From assembly GCA_045561295.1 (NCBI GenBank), contig JBJKYD010000010.1, positions 32,001 to 96,000 of the forward strand: a DNA stretch of 64,000 nucleotides, given 5' to 3'. Positions 1 to 11,220 of the stretch are shown piece after piece; the first letter of the stretch is position 1; each line of letters begins with the position of its first letter. Under the pieces are notes generated by a model. The model was not told the origin of the DNA and ran no database searches. It saw only the letters and a list, made by a program, of their open reading frames with translations. A program made the translations under genes and the position numbers. This DNA is from Gammaproteobacteria bacterium (GTDB lineage Bacteria > Pseudomonadota > Gammaproteobacteria > GCA-002705445 > GCA-002716945).

Positions 1-19
1 TTTGCATTGTGTATTTATC

Positions 20-772
20 TCAAATTGTGGAACAAATATCAATAAATTTTTTTGCTATTAGAGATGCGCCACCAATTAAAAGCCCACTAACGTATTGTGT
101 CTTCATCAAAGATTGTGCATTTTCTGGCGAGACACTTCCCCCATATAGCAACTTAATGGGCTCATTAGATTCGTTATATCTCTTAACAGTATTATATATA
201 TAACCAAAAGTATTAGATAATTCTTTGGCTGATGGAATCAGACCAGTGCCTATCGCCCAAACAGGTTCATAAGCAATAATTACTTTATTGGATCTTTTTG
301 ATTTATTTAAGCTTTTAAATAGAGATTGTAATTGTTTATTGAGGATGTATTTAGTTCTTTTAGTTTTATACTCTTTTAGAGTCTCTCCAATACAATATAT
401 TACTTTAATATTATTTTCACGAAGCCTTGAGACCTTCTCACATAGAGATAAGTTATTTTCATCTAGGATATGTCTTCTTTCTGAGTGCCCAACAAGACAA
501 TATTGAATTTTTGAGTCTTTCAACATTGTAGCTGAAATCTCTCCAGTGAGTGCTCCATCATTATATGCAGATACATTTTGGGAACCAATATTAATAATTT
601 CTTTTTTATTAATATTTTTTATTGATAACAGATAAATGCTTGGCGGAAATATTATTACTTCGTGTTTAATATTATTTTTTTTTACTCCGCGAATAATATC
701 TTGTGCAAGCTTAATACTTGACTTGATGTTTCCATTTTGCTTCCAATTACCTGCGATTATTTTTTTTGACAT
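20..772 (-). CDS. tpiA: Triosephosphate isomerase
   Basis: IAGNWK, GHSERR, AYEPVWAIGTG, LYGGSV and LIGGASL motifs; follows glmM. Confidence 0.97.
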   Translation of the reverse strand: MSKKIIAGNWKQNGNIKSSIKLAQDIIRGVKKNNIKHEVIIFPPSIYLLSIKNINKKEIINIGSQNVSAYNDGALTGEISATMLKDSKIQYCLVGHSERRHILDENNLSLCEKVSRLRENNIKVIYCIGETLKEYKTKRTKYILNKQLQSLFKSLNKSKRSNKVIIAYEPVWAIGTGLIPSAKELSNTFGYIYNTVKRYNESNEPIKLLYGGSVSPENAQSLMKTQYVSGLLIGGASLIAKKFIDICSTI

Positions 773-2115
773 TATATAATATTATCAATAATTTCCTTTG
801 CTTTGGAAAGTGTATTCTCAGATCTGTGCTCTATGAGAATTCTTATTAGTGGTTGCGTTCCAGATTCTCTTATAAGGATTCTACCATCTTCATTTAAGAT
901 TTCTTCTACTTTCTTAAAATTTGTATAATTATTTTTTATCCAAGACTCTTTGTCGGTTACTTTGATGTTAATAAGCTCAGATGGTATTTTCAATGATTCA
1001 GGATATAACTCATCAAGAGAAGAATTACTTGCTTCAAGTAGATGTATTATTTTAATTAGTGTGATTATAGCATCTCCAATAGGTATATTACTTGAGTCGG
1101 TATGAATTATGTGACCAGATGACTCGGAACCAATCTTTGCATTATGTTGAATAATTCCTTCTAAAACATTCTTATCACCCACTGCTGTTTCTATAAAGTT
1201 ATAACCCAATTTATCAAAGCTTGTTCTTATTCCATAATTTGTCATAACAGTTCCTACTATTGTTGAAGTGGCAGGAAAATTATGGGTGGATAAAATATAT
1301 AGAATTTCATCTCCATCTATAATTTTACCACTATCACTTATTAGTATAGTCCTATCGCCATCTCCATCAAAAGCTATACCGAAGTCAATCCATTCATTAT
1401 TATTTTTATCATGCTTCCTATTAGTATCTTTGACAAATTGTGAAAGGTTTTCTGGATAAACAGCTCCACAATTATGATTAATATTTTTTCCATTAGATAA
1501 GTTATTCAATAGAGCAAATGAAATATTATTAGGAACTTTTAGTGATTTGAATATATTTGAGACTGCTCCATTTGAACAGTCCAGTGCAATATTTAGTTTT
1601 TTCTTGAACTTTATATCTTTGGTTAACTTCTCTGAGAGATAATGTGAATAGAGATCCACAGTTGACTGGTCAACATTTAAATCACAATCAATTTCTTTTT
1701 GAAAATTATCTTGAGAATTAACGATTTCCTCAATTGCTTTTTCTTCATTTCTAGAAATTTTATACCCATTATAACCAAAAATTTTTATGCCGTTATCATT
1801 GTAAGGGTTATGAGATGCAGTTATTTGAATACCAATTGAATCTTGAGATGTATTATGCGAGAGAATAAAAGGTAAGGCTGGTGTAGGCAGCATTCCCAAA
1901 AACTTGATAGAATATGCTTTTTCAAAAAGAATACCTTCTAATAGATTTCTATAGACTGATTTAAATGATTCTCTTCCATCATGAGCAATATAAATATTTT
2001 TGATATTATTATCTAATATTTTACTCAAGGCTAAGCCTATTTTTTTGATTGTAGGGTTGTCCATTGGAAAATTTCCATATGTACCTCTAACACCATCTGT
2101 TCCAAATAACTTCAT
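772..2115 (-). CDS. glmM: Phosphoglucosamine mutase
   Basis: KLFGTDGVRG, ITASHNP (catalytic Ser), FDGDGDR, RESGTQP; folP-glmM-tpiA synteny. Confidence 0.93.
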   Translation of the reverse strand: MKLFGTDGVRGTYGNFPMDNPTIKKIGLALSKILDNNIKNIYIAHDGRESFKSVYRNLLEGILFEKAYSIKFLGMLPTPALPFILSHNTSQDSIGIQITASHNPYNDNGIKIFGYNGYKISRNEEKAIEEIVNSQDNFQKEIDCDLNVDQSTVDLYSHYLSEKLTKDIKFKKKLNIALDCSNGAVSNIFKSLKVPNNISFALLNNLSNGKNINHNCGAVYPENLSQFVKDTNRKHDKNNNEWIDFGIAFDGDGDRTILISDSGKIIDGDEILYILSTHNFPATSTIVGTVMTNYGIRTSFDKLGYNFIETAVGDKNVLEGIIQHNAKIGSESSGHIIHTDSSNIPIGDAIITLIKIIHLLEASNSSLDELYPESLKIPSELINIKVTDKESWIKNNYTNFKKVEEILNEDGRILIRESGTQPLIRILIEHRSENTLSKAKEIIDNII

Positions 2116-2912
2116 TATGAATTTCTAATTAGTTCTTTGAAGTTCAATAACATTTTAGTTTCTCTAACGTCATGTACGCGAAGAATGCTAGTATTATTTT
2201 TAATCGCTATTACTGATGCAGCAAGACTGCCGTAAAGTCTATCTGTTACAGGTTTATTAAGAACATCACCAATCATGCTTTTTCTTGATATACCTGAGAG
2301 GACGCGATATCCCATGTTACTGAACTTTTCTAAGTTATTTAATATCTCATAGTTATGATCCAATGTTTTGCCAAAACCAAAGCCTGGATCAATGATAATA
2401 TTACTTTTATCGATACCATGATTAATGCAAAGTTCCGCTCTATTTTTTAAATACCCATATATATCATCAACGACATTATCGTAAATTGGATTAATCTGCA
2501 TAGTTTTAGGAGTACCTAACATATGCATTAATGAAATAGATAATCTATTAGATTTTACAATATCTAGAAGGTCTTTATCTTCAAGAGAAGAAATATCATT
2601 TACAATGTTAATTTCATATTTTAATAAATGGGAAATTACTTTTGAGCTTCTTGTGTCTATGGATATAGGAATGTTTGAAATATCTCTTAAAGCTTCTACT
2701 AAAGGTTCAATTTTACGTATTTGATCTGTGCTTGAAACTGGGTCAGATCCTGGTTTAGATGATTCTGCGCCAATATCAATGATATCAGCACCATCATTAA
2801 TTAATTTTTTTGCGTGATCAATTGATGCTTTTAGGCTATTAAATTTACCACCGTCATAGAATGAATTGTCGGTAATATTTAAAACTCCCATTATTTCTAC
2901 TTTAGAATTCAT
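2115..2912 (-). CDS. folP: Dihydropteroate synthase
   Basis: IMGVLNITDNSFYDGG, IDIGAESS, DPGFGFGK, SRKSMIG, LRVHDV. Confidence 0.96.
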   Translation of the reverse strand: MNSKVEIMGVLNITDNSFYDGGKFNSLKASIDHAKKLINDGADIIDIGAESSKPGSDPVSSTDQIRKIEPLVEALRDISNIPISIDTRSSKVISHLLKYEINIVNDISSLEDKDLLDIVKSNRLSISLMHMLGTPKTMQINPIYDNVVDDIYGYLKNRAELCINHGIDKSNIIIDPGFGFGKTLDHNYEILNNLEKFSNMGYRVLSGISRKSMIGDVLNKPVTDRLYGSLAASVIAIKNNTSILRVHDVRETKMLLNFKELIRNS

Positions 2913-2914
2913 TT

Positions 2915-3607
2915 TTAATTTCTGTTTAACATTTTATATTTTGCAACACGTTCTAAGAATTTTTTTTGAAACCATAGAAACTCATTATCTTTAATAATAA
3001 ATTCTTGAAATTCAAACTTAGGTGTACATATTAGTATAACGCCTTGTTTAATATTAGTATTATGTTGCAAATTATGAGCGAGTGCGTAGGCTGCAGTTTG
3101 TAGAAAGTAATCTGTAATCCACTCTCTTCTTTTCGTTTTTGTTGATGATTTAAAATCAATAATAGATTCCTCGTTATTATAAACCCCACATAAATCTGTT
3201 GTACCTGCGTGTGAATCCGGGTAGAAAAGCGGTGTTTCGCAACCCCAAATTTCATTTAATTTTTTTTCTAATGCTTGATCAAGAATAACCTGTGACATTT
3301 TCTTTTCATTATCATTCATGATATCAAAATCAAGTGCCTGTTTACCATGCAATGCATCTTCGAGATGCTTATGCATTTTATCTCCTCTCGACATAGATTC
3401 TTTTGATATTCGTGATGCTTCTATTTGCCCAACCTTTTCCTTCCATGCAATTAAGGCATCCTTATCTTTTTGAGATTTAGTTTTATCGAGAATAGTCGTA
3501 ACAGATGGTACTTTTTCACCATTTGAGCTATAAAATCTACCACCAGTTTTGTCTGTTACCCTGGAGAGATTACTATATGAAAATTTTTTATTCCAAAGAT
3601 GTAACAA
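2915..3607 (-). CDS. PD-(D/E)XK RecB-like exonuclease, MGME1/marine-phage exonuclease type
   Basis: PSVTTIL, RGxxxH, E(TPLFY), AGTTDL, IIDFK and QTAAY (Q-x3-Y) motifs; TTG start; ends 2 nt before folP. Confidence 0.85.
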   Translation of the reverse strand: MLHLWNKKFSYSNLSRVTDKTGGRFYSSNGEKVPSVTTILDKTKSQKDKDALIAWKEKVGQIEASRISKESMSRGDKMHKHLEDALHGKQALDFDIMNDNEKKMSQVILDQALEKKLNEIWGCETPLFYPDSHAGTTDLCGVYNNEESIIDFKSSTKTKRREWITDYFLQTAAYALAHNLQHNTNIKQGVILICTPKFEFQEFIIKDNEFLWFQKKFLERVAKYKMLNRN

Positions 3608-3612
3608 TCAAT

Positions 3613-3653
3613 TTAGTCCATGGTAGCTTTTTTTATATACTACCATGAACTAA
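3613..3653. terminator. 14-bp stem-loop after ftsH (terminator or translational attenuator of the exonuclease)
   Basis: TTAGTCCATGGTAG-N13-CTACCATGAACTAA; the single mismatch is a G:U pair on the minus strand. Confidence 0.6.
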
Positions 3654-3663
3654 TTTTTAAGTC

Positions 3664-5574
3664 TTATGATGCAGGTGAAGCTGAAGGACTATCTTTTGAA
3701 GAGGTATTAGCCGGTTTACCAGATGAATCATTATCATCATCCGACCAACTATCAGGTGCATCAGGAACCTTACCATCCATAATTTGATCAATTTGTTCAA
3801 CATCAATAGTTTCATACTTCATTAGTGCGTCTGCCATCAGATGCATTTTTTCTAGATTGTCTTTGATAAGCTTCGTAGCTCTCTGATACTGATGATCAAT
3901 AATTTTTCTGATTTCAGAGTCTATAGAACTAGCTGTCTCATTCGACATGTTCTTACTTGTTTGAGATGCTGACTTGCCTAAGAATACTTCTTGTTCTTGC
4001 TCACTGTAGGCTAATGGACCCATCTTTTCAGAAAGACCCCACTTTGTTACCATATTTCTTGCTAAGTCCGTGGCTCTTTCAATATCATTTGAAGCACCAG
4101 TCGTTACCGCGTCATCACCAAAAATGACCTCTTCTGCAACTCTTCCGCCAAATAATGCTGCAATCATACTGTTTATACGTTGTCTACTGTTACTGTATCT
4201 ATCTTCTTCGGGTAAAAACATAGTAACACCAAGAGCTCTTCCTCTTGGAATAATGCTTACTTTATAAACTGGATCATGATCAGGAACTAACCTTCCTACA
4301 ATTGCATGACCTGCTTCATGATAAGCTGTGAGTTTCTTTTCATCATCGTTCATGACCATTGATTTTCTCTCACCACCCATTAGAATTTTATCTTTAGCTT
4401 TTTCAAAATCATCCATATCAACAATTTTTTTATTAGCTCTTGCAGCAAATAGTGCAGCTTCATTTGCAAGATTAGCCAAGTCCGCCCCTGAGAATCCAGG
4501 AGTACCTCTTGCTAACAGTTTAGGATTTACATCATTTGCTATAGGTATTTTTCTCATATGTACTTTGAGAATCTGTTCTCTACCACGAATATCAGGCAGA
4601 GGAACTGTAACTTGTCTATCAAACCTGCCAGGACGTAACAAGGCTGGATCCAACACATCTGGTCTGTTAGTAGCTGCAATTACAATAACGCCTTCATTAC
4701 CATCAAATCCATCCATTTCTACTAGCAATTGGTTGAGTGTTTGCTCACGCTCGTCGTTTCCGCCGCCTACACCTGCACCCCTGTGTCTTCCTACTGCATC
4801 GATCTCATCTATAAAGATAATACATGGAGCATGTTTTTTTGCAGTCTCAAACATGTCTCTTACTCTTGAAGCACCAACACCAACAAACATCTCTACAAAG
4901 TCTGAACCAGATATTGTAAAAAATGGCACTTTTGCTTCTCCTGCGATTGCTCTGGCAAGGAGTGTTTTACCTGTACCAGGTGAACCTGACATCAATACTC
5001 CTCTGGGAATATTACCACCAAGGTTTTGAAATTTTGCAGGATCTCTGAGGAAATCAACAAGCTCTTTAACTTCTTCTTTTGCTTCTTCTACTCCAGCAAC
5101 ATCCTTAAATGTAACTTTCACTTGATCCTCAGTTTGCATTTTAGCTTTACTTTTACCAAATGACATTGCTCCACCTCGGCCACCGCCGCCTTGCATTTGT
5201 CTCATAAAGAAGATCCAAACACCAATTAGCAGAAGAAATGGAAACCAATGTATAAATATTTGAGCCAGAAAAGATTGTTTTTCCGGAGCTTTCCCGCTGA
5301 TGCGAACCTTGCCTTTAATGAGTTCGCCTACCAATGCAGAATTATCTGTTTCAGGACTATAAGTTCTGAATGTTTCACCCGATTTGAATGAACCAGAAAT
5401 TTCTCTTCCTGCTATTGTTACTTCCTCAACCTGGCCGGTTTGGACTTGTTGCATAAAATCTGTGTAATTAAATTCTTGTGAGGCAGTATTTCTTCCTCCA
5501 ACTCCTGTAAATAAAGACATAATTACAACCGCAATTACTGTCCAAATAACTAAATTTTTGACTAAGTCTCCCAT
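3664..5574 (-). CDS. ftsH: ATP-dependent zinc metalloprotease FtsH
   Basis: Two N-terminal TM segments, GSPGTGKT Walker A, IFIDEID, SRH ([10 protein letters not shown]), HEAGH. Confidence 0.99.
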   Translation of the reverse strand: MGDLVKNLVIWTVIAVVIMSLFTGVGGRNTASQEFNYTDFMQQVQTGQVEEVTIAGREISGSFKSGETFRTYSPETDNSALVGELIKGKVRISGKAPEKQSFLAQIFIHWFPFLLLIGVWIFFMRQMQGGGGRGGAMSFGKSKAKMQTEDQVKVTFKDVAGVEEAKEEVKELVDFLRDPAKFQNLGGNIPRGVLMSGSPGTGKTLLARAIAGEAKVPFFTISGSDFVEMFVGVGASRVRDMFETAKKHAPCIIFIDEIDAVGRHRGAGVGGGNDEREQTLNQLLVEMDGFDGNEGVIVIAATNRPDVLDPALLRPGRFDRQVTVPLPDIRGREQILKVHMRKIPIANDVNPKLLARGTPGFSGADLANLANEAALFAARANKKIVDMDDFEKAKDKILMGGERKSMVMNDDEKKLTAYHEAGHAIVGRLVPDHDPVYKVSIIPRGRALGVTMFLPEEDRYSNSRQRINSMIAALFGGRVAEEVIFGDDAVTTGASNDIERATDLARNMVTKWGLSEKMGPLAYSEQEQEVFLGKSASQTSKNMSNETASSIDSEIRKIIDHQYQRATKLIKDNLEKMHLMADALMKYETIDVEQIDQIMDGKVPDAPDSWSDDDNDSSGKPANTSSKDSPSASPAS

Positions 5575-5586
5575 AATACTCCCTTT

Positions 5587-5630
5587 CTTAGAATCATTCT
5601 AAGTGTGACACTGTTAATTAATAATTTCAA
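5587..5630 (-). promoter_or_regulatory. Putative ftsH promoter with an overlapping 7-3-7 palindrome
   Basis: Minus strand TTGAAA-17 nt-(TGn)CACACT; CTTAGAAtcaTTCTAAG at 5587-5603; SD GGGAG before the ATG. Confidence 0.4.
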
Positions 5631-5635
5631 TAATA

Positions 5636-6247
5636 TCAGTCTTTATATCCATTACAAACAAAGAACACCTCATTACTGCTTCTTCTTGAGGAATCAGGCT
5701 TATAAGTTGCTACTTTGCTAAAAGACTGTTTCAGCTTTTCTCTTGAAAAATCATATGATGATCCAATGAAAAACTTCATAACTAAAACTCCATTTATTTT
5801 GAGTAAATCAGAACATATGCTAAGTATTGACTCAAGAATCTCAACGAAATTTGCCTGATCTACATCTTCTATACCACTAATGTTAGGGGCGATATCTGAT
5901 AATACAAGGTCTGCTTTGTTCATTTTAGCGTATATTTGACTTCTATCCGCCAATTTATTGATATCCCCTTTAATAAAATGTACGCCTTTGATTTTTTTCA
6001 TGTCAAGGAGATCTATAGCGACAAGATTTTTTTCCTTGAAGTTTCTGCTAACATACTCCGACCAAGAACCAGGGGCGGAACCTAAATCAAGTATGTTCTG
6101 AGAAGACTTAAAAATACTATATTTTTCTTGAATCTCATGAAGCTTATGAAATGCTCTAGATCTATAATTTCCAGTTTGGGATAACTTCACATACCTGTCT
6201 TTAGAATGTTTGTTAACCCAATTTTTTATACTTTTCTTTTTTGTCAT
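5636..6247 (-). CDS. rlmE: 23S rRNA Um2552 methyltransferase
   Basis: YRSRAFHKL, DLGSAPGSWS, LSDIAPN, KPDSSRxxSxE; start reassigned to ATG 6247 (MTKKKS) to avoid overlap with tpx. Confidence 0.93.
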   Translation of the reverse strand: MTKKKSIKNWVNKHSKDRYVKLSQTGNYRSRAFHKLHEIQEKYSIFKSSQNILDLGSAPGSWSEYVSRNFKEKNLVAIDLLDMKKIKGVHFIKGDINKLADRSQIYAKMNKADLVLSDIAPNISGIEDVDQANFVEILESILSICSDLLKINGVLVMKFFIGSSYDFSREKLKQSFSKVATYKPDSSRRSSNEVFFVCNGYKD

Positions 6248-6266
6248 ATCGGTATAATCTATGTTC
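6248..6266. promoter_or_regulatory. Putative bidirectional promoter with overlapping -10 boxes (rlmE/tpx)
   Basis: TATAAT (+, 6253-6258) is 8 nt before the tpx ATG; TAGATT (-, 6261-6256) is 8 nt before the rlmE ATG; no SD on either side. Confidence 0.5.
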
Positions 6267-6767
6267 ATGGCTAAAATAACATTGAAAGGTAATGAAGTTA
6301 ACACAAATTCTGATATCGTTACCAAAGGCTCAATTGCTCCGGACTTCATCCTTGTGGATTCTGATTTACAAGATGTAAATCTCTCTAGTTTTGATGGTAA
6401 AAATAAAATATTAAGTATTGTTCCTAGTCTCGATACGCCTGTATGTCAAAAATCAACATTAGTTTTCAATGAGAAAGTGGCAGGACTTGATGATACAGTG
6501 ATGCTAATTGTATCAAGCGACCTACCTTTCGCTATGAAAAGATTTTGCTCGAGCGAATCTCTTGCAAATGTGACGCCTGTGTCGATGATGAGGTCAAGAA
6601 ATTTTGCAAAAGATTATGGTGTTTTATTAGTAGATGGCCCGCTTTCTGGTATTACAACAAGAGCGATTGTTACAATCTCTAAAGATAACAAAGTACTTCA
6701 CTCAGAACTTGTAACTGAAATTGCTGATGAACCTAACTATCAAGCTGCATTAGACTCAATTAAATAG
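6267..6767 (+). CDS. tpx: Thiol peroxidase Tpx
   Basis: MAKITLKGN, VPSLDTPVC (peroxidatic Cys), DLPFAMKRFC, EIADEPNY. Confidence 0.96.
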   Translation: MAKITLKGNEVNTNSDIVTKGSIAPDFILVDSDLQDVNLSSFDGKNKILSIVPSLDTPVCQKSTLVFNEKVAGLDDTVMLIVSSDLPFAMKRFCSSESLANVTPVSMMRSRNFAKDYGVLLVDGPLSGITTRAIVTISKDNKVLHSELVTEIADEPNYQAALDSIK

Positions 6768-6769
6768 TA

Positions 6770-7990
6770 ATGTCCTTCACAAAAAAAATCATTGTTGCAA
6801 TGATTTTAGGAATTATAGCCGGTATATTTTTAAATATATTTACTTATGATGTATCTGCAGATGATTCAATTGTTATAAATCTTTTTAGTGTAGTATCAGA
6901 TTTATTTATTTCTGCCCTCAAGCTAGTTATTATTCCCCTGATATTTTTTTCCATAGTTTGCGGCATAATATCATTATCTGATGATGTTTCACTTTCTAGA
7001 TTAGGTATCAAAACTTTATCGTTATATTTGCTAACAACTGTCATAGCTATTTCGTTGGGTTTATTATTTTCATCATTTATAGATTATGAACCAATTTTAT
7101 TATCAAATCTTGAGAGTGATGTTTCTATAGATAATATTGAAACTGAGTCAAATTTCTTCCCAACTAATATCTTTAAATCACTATCCAATGGAAATATCAT
7201 TCATCTATTAATTTTCTCTGTTCTAATTGGTATTGCAGCAAGTAAAGTTAAAGATAAAGTTAAAACTTTTGTTAATTATTTTCATGAATTTAATGCCGTG
7301 ATTAATGAGCTTGTAAAGATAATCATATCTTTTACGCCAATCGCAGTATTTTGTATTTTATCAAAAACATTTGCTACTCAAGGTCTTGAAACACTCACGC
7401 CACTAATGGGTTATTTTTTTACGGTCGTTTTTGTACTGCTATTTCATTTCTTTATAACTTTTTATTTCATGTTAAAAACTTTCACGAACCTAAGCCCAAA
7501 GAAATTTTTTATCAATATAAAAGACGTCATTGTTTTTACATTTAGTACATCCAGTAGCAGTGCATCAATTCCGTTTACACTTAAAGCTGCTAATGAGAAA
7601 TGTGGTATAAATAAATCGATAAGCAGTTTTACGATTCCATTAGGTGCAACTATAAATATGGATGGAACTGCAATTATGCAGGGTTGTGCGACATTTTTCC
7701 TGGCCAGTCTCTATGGTATTGATCTTGGAATGCCTGAAATACTTACAATCGTGATAACGGCAACAATTGCTTCCATAGGTACTGCGGGTATACCTAGCGC
7801 TGGAATAATAATGCTAACAGTAATTTTTACTCAAATAGGCATCCCTTTAGAGGGTATAACATTACTCTTAGGTGTTGATAGATTGCTTGATATGATGAGA
7901 ACCTCTATTAATGTGAGTGGTGACCTTTGTATAAGTTGCATAGTTGCTAATAGTGAAAATAGAATAGATGAGACTATTTTTAAATCTTAA
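6770..7990 (+). CDS. Dicarboxylate/amino acid:cation symporter (DAACS/SDF family)
   Basis: [41 protein letters not shown]. Confidence 0.93.
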   Translation: MSFTKKIIVAMILGIIAGIFLNIFTYDVSADDSIVINLFSVVSDLFISALKLVIIPLIFFSIVCGIISLSDDVSLSRLGIKTLSLYLLTTVIAISLGLLFSSFIDYEPILLSNLESDVSIDNIETESNFFPTNIFKSLSNGNIIHLLIFSVLIGIAASKVKDKVKTFVNYFHEFNAVINELVKIIISFTPIAVFCILSKTFATQGLETLTPLMGYFFTVVFVLLFHFFITFYFMLKTFTNLSPKKFFINIKDVIVFTFSTSSSSASIPFTLKAANEKCGINKSISSFTIPLGATINMDGTAIMQGCATFFLASLYGIDLGMPEILTIVITATIASIGTAGIPSAGIIMLTVIFTQIGIPLEGITLLLGVDRLLDMMRTSINVSGDLCISCIVANSENRIDETIFKS

Positions 7991-10900
7991 TTAACAGTTA
8001 AAGACTCATGTCTTAGCTTTAAATCAACAGCATCAAAATCATCTATAAATTTAATTGCTTTACAAAAAGCTTTGGCTCCAGACACTGTTGTCGTTAAGGA
8101 TATTTTATGATTCTGAGCCTCTTTTCTTATTGAGAATGAATCTTTTATGGAGCGTGCACCCTCGGTCGTATTTATTATTAAATGAACTTCGTTATTTTTT
8201 ATCATATCTACAATATGAGGATGTCCATCTTTTACTTTATTAATTTTAGTACATGATACTCCAGATTCTTTGAGGTGAAGATAAGTTCCAGAGGTTGCGT
8301 AGATATCAAATCCCATATTTATAAGTTCTGCTGCTACTTCACATATTGGTTCTTTATCGTGATCTCTTACACTGATAAATACATTCCCAGTTTTAGGTAA
8401 AATAACACCAGCTGCTCTCTGAGCTTTAAAATATGCTTCACCGAATGATTTACCAAAACCCATAACTTCTCCAGTTGATTTCATTTCAGGTCCCAATAAT
8501 ACATCTACTTCTGGAAATTTAGAAAATGGGAAAACAGCCTCTTTAACAGAAAAATAAGAATTATTTTTTCTTTCTGTTGGTAAACTTAATTCCTTAATGG
8601 TAGCACCTGACATGACTAGAGCGCCTAGTTTTGCTAGTTGGAGTCCAATAGCTTTTGAGACAAATGGTGCTGTTCTTGATGCTCTTGGATTTGCTTCTAA
8701 TAAAAATATTTGATCATCTTTAATGGCGAATTGGGCATTCATTAAACCTATCACTTTTAATGCCATAGCTAATTTAGAAGCTTGATCTTTCAGTTCATCA
8801 ACGATTTTATCTTTAAGAGTGTACGGTGGTAGCGAACAACCTGAATCGCCAGAATGTATACCTGCTTCTTCTATGTGTTCCATGATACCAGCTACATAAA
8901 CATCTTTACCGTCGCAAAGAAGATCAATATCAACTTCTATAGCATCATTTAGAAACTTATCCAGAAGGATAGGCGAATCATCAGAGACATCTACAGCTTC
9001 TTTCATATATTTTTCTAAATCAGAAGTATTAGTAACAATTTCCATAGCTCTTCCACCAAGAACATAGGATGGTCTTACAACCAATGGGTAGCCTATCTCT
9101 TCGGCAGATTTTTTTGCTTCAGCAATATTGGTTACAGTTTCATTCATAGGTTGTCTTAAACCTAATGACTCAACCAAAACTTTAAATCTTTCTCTATCCT
9201 CTGCCAAGTCAATAGAATCAGGAGAAGTTCCTATTATTCTTACGCCACATTTCTCAAGTTCATCTGCAAGTTTCAAAGGTGTTTGTCCTCCATATTGAAC
9301 AATTACACCCCATGGTCTCTCAATGTCTATTATAGACATTACATCCTCTACTGTGAGTGGCTCAAAGTAAAGTCTGTCAGAAGTATCGTAGTCAGTAGAG
9401 ACAGTCTCAGGATTACAATTTATCATAATTGTTTCAAACCCAGCCTCTTTGAGTGCCATAGAGGCATGTACACAACAGTAATCAAATTCTATTCCTTGTC
9501 CAATTCTATTTGGTCCACCACCAAGGATAATAACTTTTTTATTGTCTGTAGGATTAGATTCACAAAAGTCAGAATATGTAGAATACATGTATGCTGTTGA
9601 TGATTTAAATTCTGCTGCGCATGTGTCAATTCTTTTAAAAACTGGGCTTATAGATTTGTCCTTACGGAAATCTCTAATATTTTTTTCGCTAGTGTTGTAT
9701 AACTTTGCTAATCTCCTATCGGAAAATCCGACTGATTTCATTGCATATACATCTTCTTTTGTTAGTTCAATTGATTTATCTTTTATTTTATTTTCAGAAA
9801 TAATGATTTCATATACTTGATTAAGAAACCATTTATCAATAAAAGACAAATTGAAAACATCATCTATGCTCATACCTTCTCTGAAAGCTTGTGCAACATA
9901 AAGAATTCTATTAGAGGATGGCGTTGATATTTCTTTGACTATCAAATCTTGTCTCTCTTTTGGTGACAGTGATTCTTCAAATATAATTTCATCGAATCCA
10001 TCTATACCAACCTCCAGTCCCCTCAATGCTTTTTGAAGAGATTCTTTAAAACAACTGCCAATTGCCATTACCTCGCCTACTGACTTCATTTGGGTTGTAA
10101 GATGAGAATCAGCCTCTTTAAATTTTTCGAATGCAAACCTTGGTATTTTGGTTACAACATAATCAATGCTTGGTTCAAATGATGAAGGGATTACATCTCC
10201 AGTGATTTCATTTCTTAGTTCATCCAAGGTATAACCGATAGCTAATTTAGCTGCAACTTTAGCGATAGGAAAACCTGTAGCTTTTGATGCAAGTGCAGAA
10301 GATCTAGAAACCCTTGGATTCATTTCAATGACATAAATTTTTCCATTATCTGGATTAATTGCAAATTGAACATTTGATCCACCTGTATCAACTCCAATTT
10401 TTCTAAGAACTTGAATAGACTGGTTTCTAAGGTTTTGATATTCCTTATCTGTAAGAGTTTGTGCTGGAGCTATTGTAATCGAATCTCCTGTATGAACTCC
10501 CATTGGATCTAAATTTTCTATAGAGCAAACAATTATGCAATTATCATTCTTATCCCTGACAACTTCCATTTCGAATTCTTTCCATCCGATTACTGACTCT
10601 TCTAGAAGAACCTCATTCGTTGGTGATAAGTCTAGACCTCTTTTAACTATTTTCTCAAAGTCTTGTTTGTTGTATGCAATGCCTCCGCCTGATCCGCCTA
10701 ATGTAAATGAAGGTCTTATAATAATTGGGTAACCAATGTCTTTTTGAATCACTAATGCTCTATCAAAATCTTTAGCAACATAAGCTCTTGGTGTTTCAAG
10801 ACCAATATCTGTCATCGCATTTTTAAAGAGTTCTCTATCCTCAGCCATATCAATAGAATCAACGCTTGCTCCAATTATCTTGACATTATATTTTTCAAGA

Positions 10901-11220
10901 ATCTTATGTCTATTGAGATCTAATGTTGTGTTAAGCGCAGTCTGACCACCCATGGTTGGAAGAATTGCATCTGGTTTTTCTATAGCAATAATTTTTTCTA
11001 TATTCCTCCAATGTATTGGTTCAATATAAATTTTATCTGCCATATCAGGATCAGTCATGATTGTAGCAGGGTTAGAATTTACAAGAATAGTTTTTATACC
11101 CTCTTCTCTAAGAGCTTTACATGCTTGAACACCAGAGTAATCAAATTCACATGCCTGACCGATAATAATTGGCCCTGCACCGATTACCAAAATACTATTT
11201 ATTCCGTTTTCTTTAGGCAT
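7987..11220 (-). CDS. carB: Carbamoyl-phosphate synthase large subunit
   Basis: [17 protein letters not shown]; duplicated ATP-grasp halves; C-terminal MGS domain; 1077 aa. Confidence 0.99.
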   Translation of the reverse strand: MPKENGINSILVIGAGPIIIGQACEFDYSGVQACKALREEGIKTILVNSNPATIMTDPDMADKIYIEPIHWRNIEKIIAIEKPDAILPTMGGQTALNTTLDLNRHKILEKYNVKIIGASVDSIDMAEDRELFKNAMTDIGLETPRAYVAKDFDRALVIQKDIGYPIIIRPSFTLGGSGGGIAYNKQDFEKIVKRGLDLSPTNEVLLEESVIGWKEFEMEVVRDKNDNCIIVCSIENLDPMGVHTGDSITIAPAQTLTDKEYQNLRNQSIQVLRKIGVDTGGSNVQFAINPDNGKIYVIEMNPRVSRSSALASKATGFPIAKVAAKLAIGYTLDELRNEITGDVIPSSFEPSIDYVVTKIPRFAFEKFKEADSHLTTQMKSVGEVMAIGSCFKESLQKALRGLEVGIDGFDEIIFEESLSPKERQDLIVKEISTPSSNRILYVAQAFREGMSIDDVFNLSFIDKWFLNQVYEIIISENKIKDKSIELTKEDVYAMKSVGFSDRRLAKLYNTSEKNIRDFRKDKSISPVFKRIDTCAAEFKSSTAYMYSTYSDFCESNPTDNKKVIILGGGPNRIGQGIEFDYCCVHASMALKEAGFETIMINCNPETVSTDYDTSDRLYFEPLTVEDVMSIIDIERPWGVIVQYGGQTPLKLADELEKCGVRIIGTSPDSIDLAEDRERFKVLVESLGLRQPMNETVTNIAEAKKSAEEIGYPLVVRPSYVLGGRAMEIVTNTSDLEKYMKEAVDVSDDSPILLDKFLNDAIEVDIDLLCDGKDVYVAGIMEHIEEAGIHSGDSGCSLPPYTLKDKIVDELKDQASKLAMALKVIGLMNAQFAIKDDQIFLLEANPRASRTAPFVSKAIGLQLAKLGALVMSGATIKELSLPTERKNNSYFSVKEAVFPFSKFPEVDVLLGPEMKSTGEVMGFGKSFGEAYFKAQRAAGVILPKTGNVFISVRDHDKEPICEVAAELINMGFDIYATSGTYLHLKESGVSCTKINKVKDGHPHIVDMIKNNEVHLIINTTEGARSIKDSFSIRKEAQNHKISLTTTVSGAKAFCKAIKFIDDFDAVDLKLRHESLTVN

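Noticed and set aside
1-7. Possible secG start (ATG CAA on the minus strand) after tpiA
   Set aside because: Only two codons are visible; the support is synteny alone
4328-5029. 233-aa + strand ORF and similar long antisense ORFs (for example 44024-44554, 44585-45010, 61669-62127)
   Set aside because: Shadows of conserved genes (ftsH, ilvD, mgtE) with no recognisable motifs
6248-6349. N-terminal extensions of rlmE, mlaC, mlaA, the amidotransferase, rnd and ampE in the ORF track
   Set aside because: They overlap neighbouring genes or precede the family N-terminus; downstream ATGs fit better (for example the Ntn Cys must follow the initiator Met)
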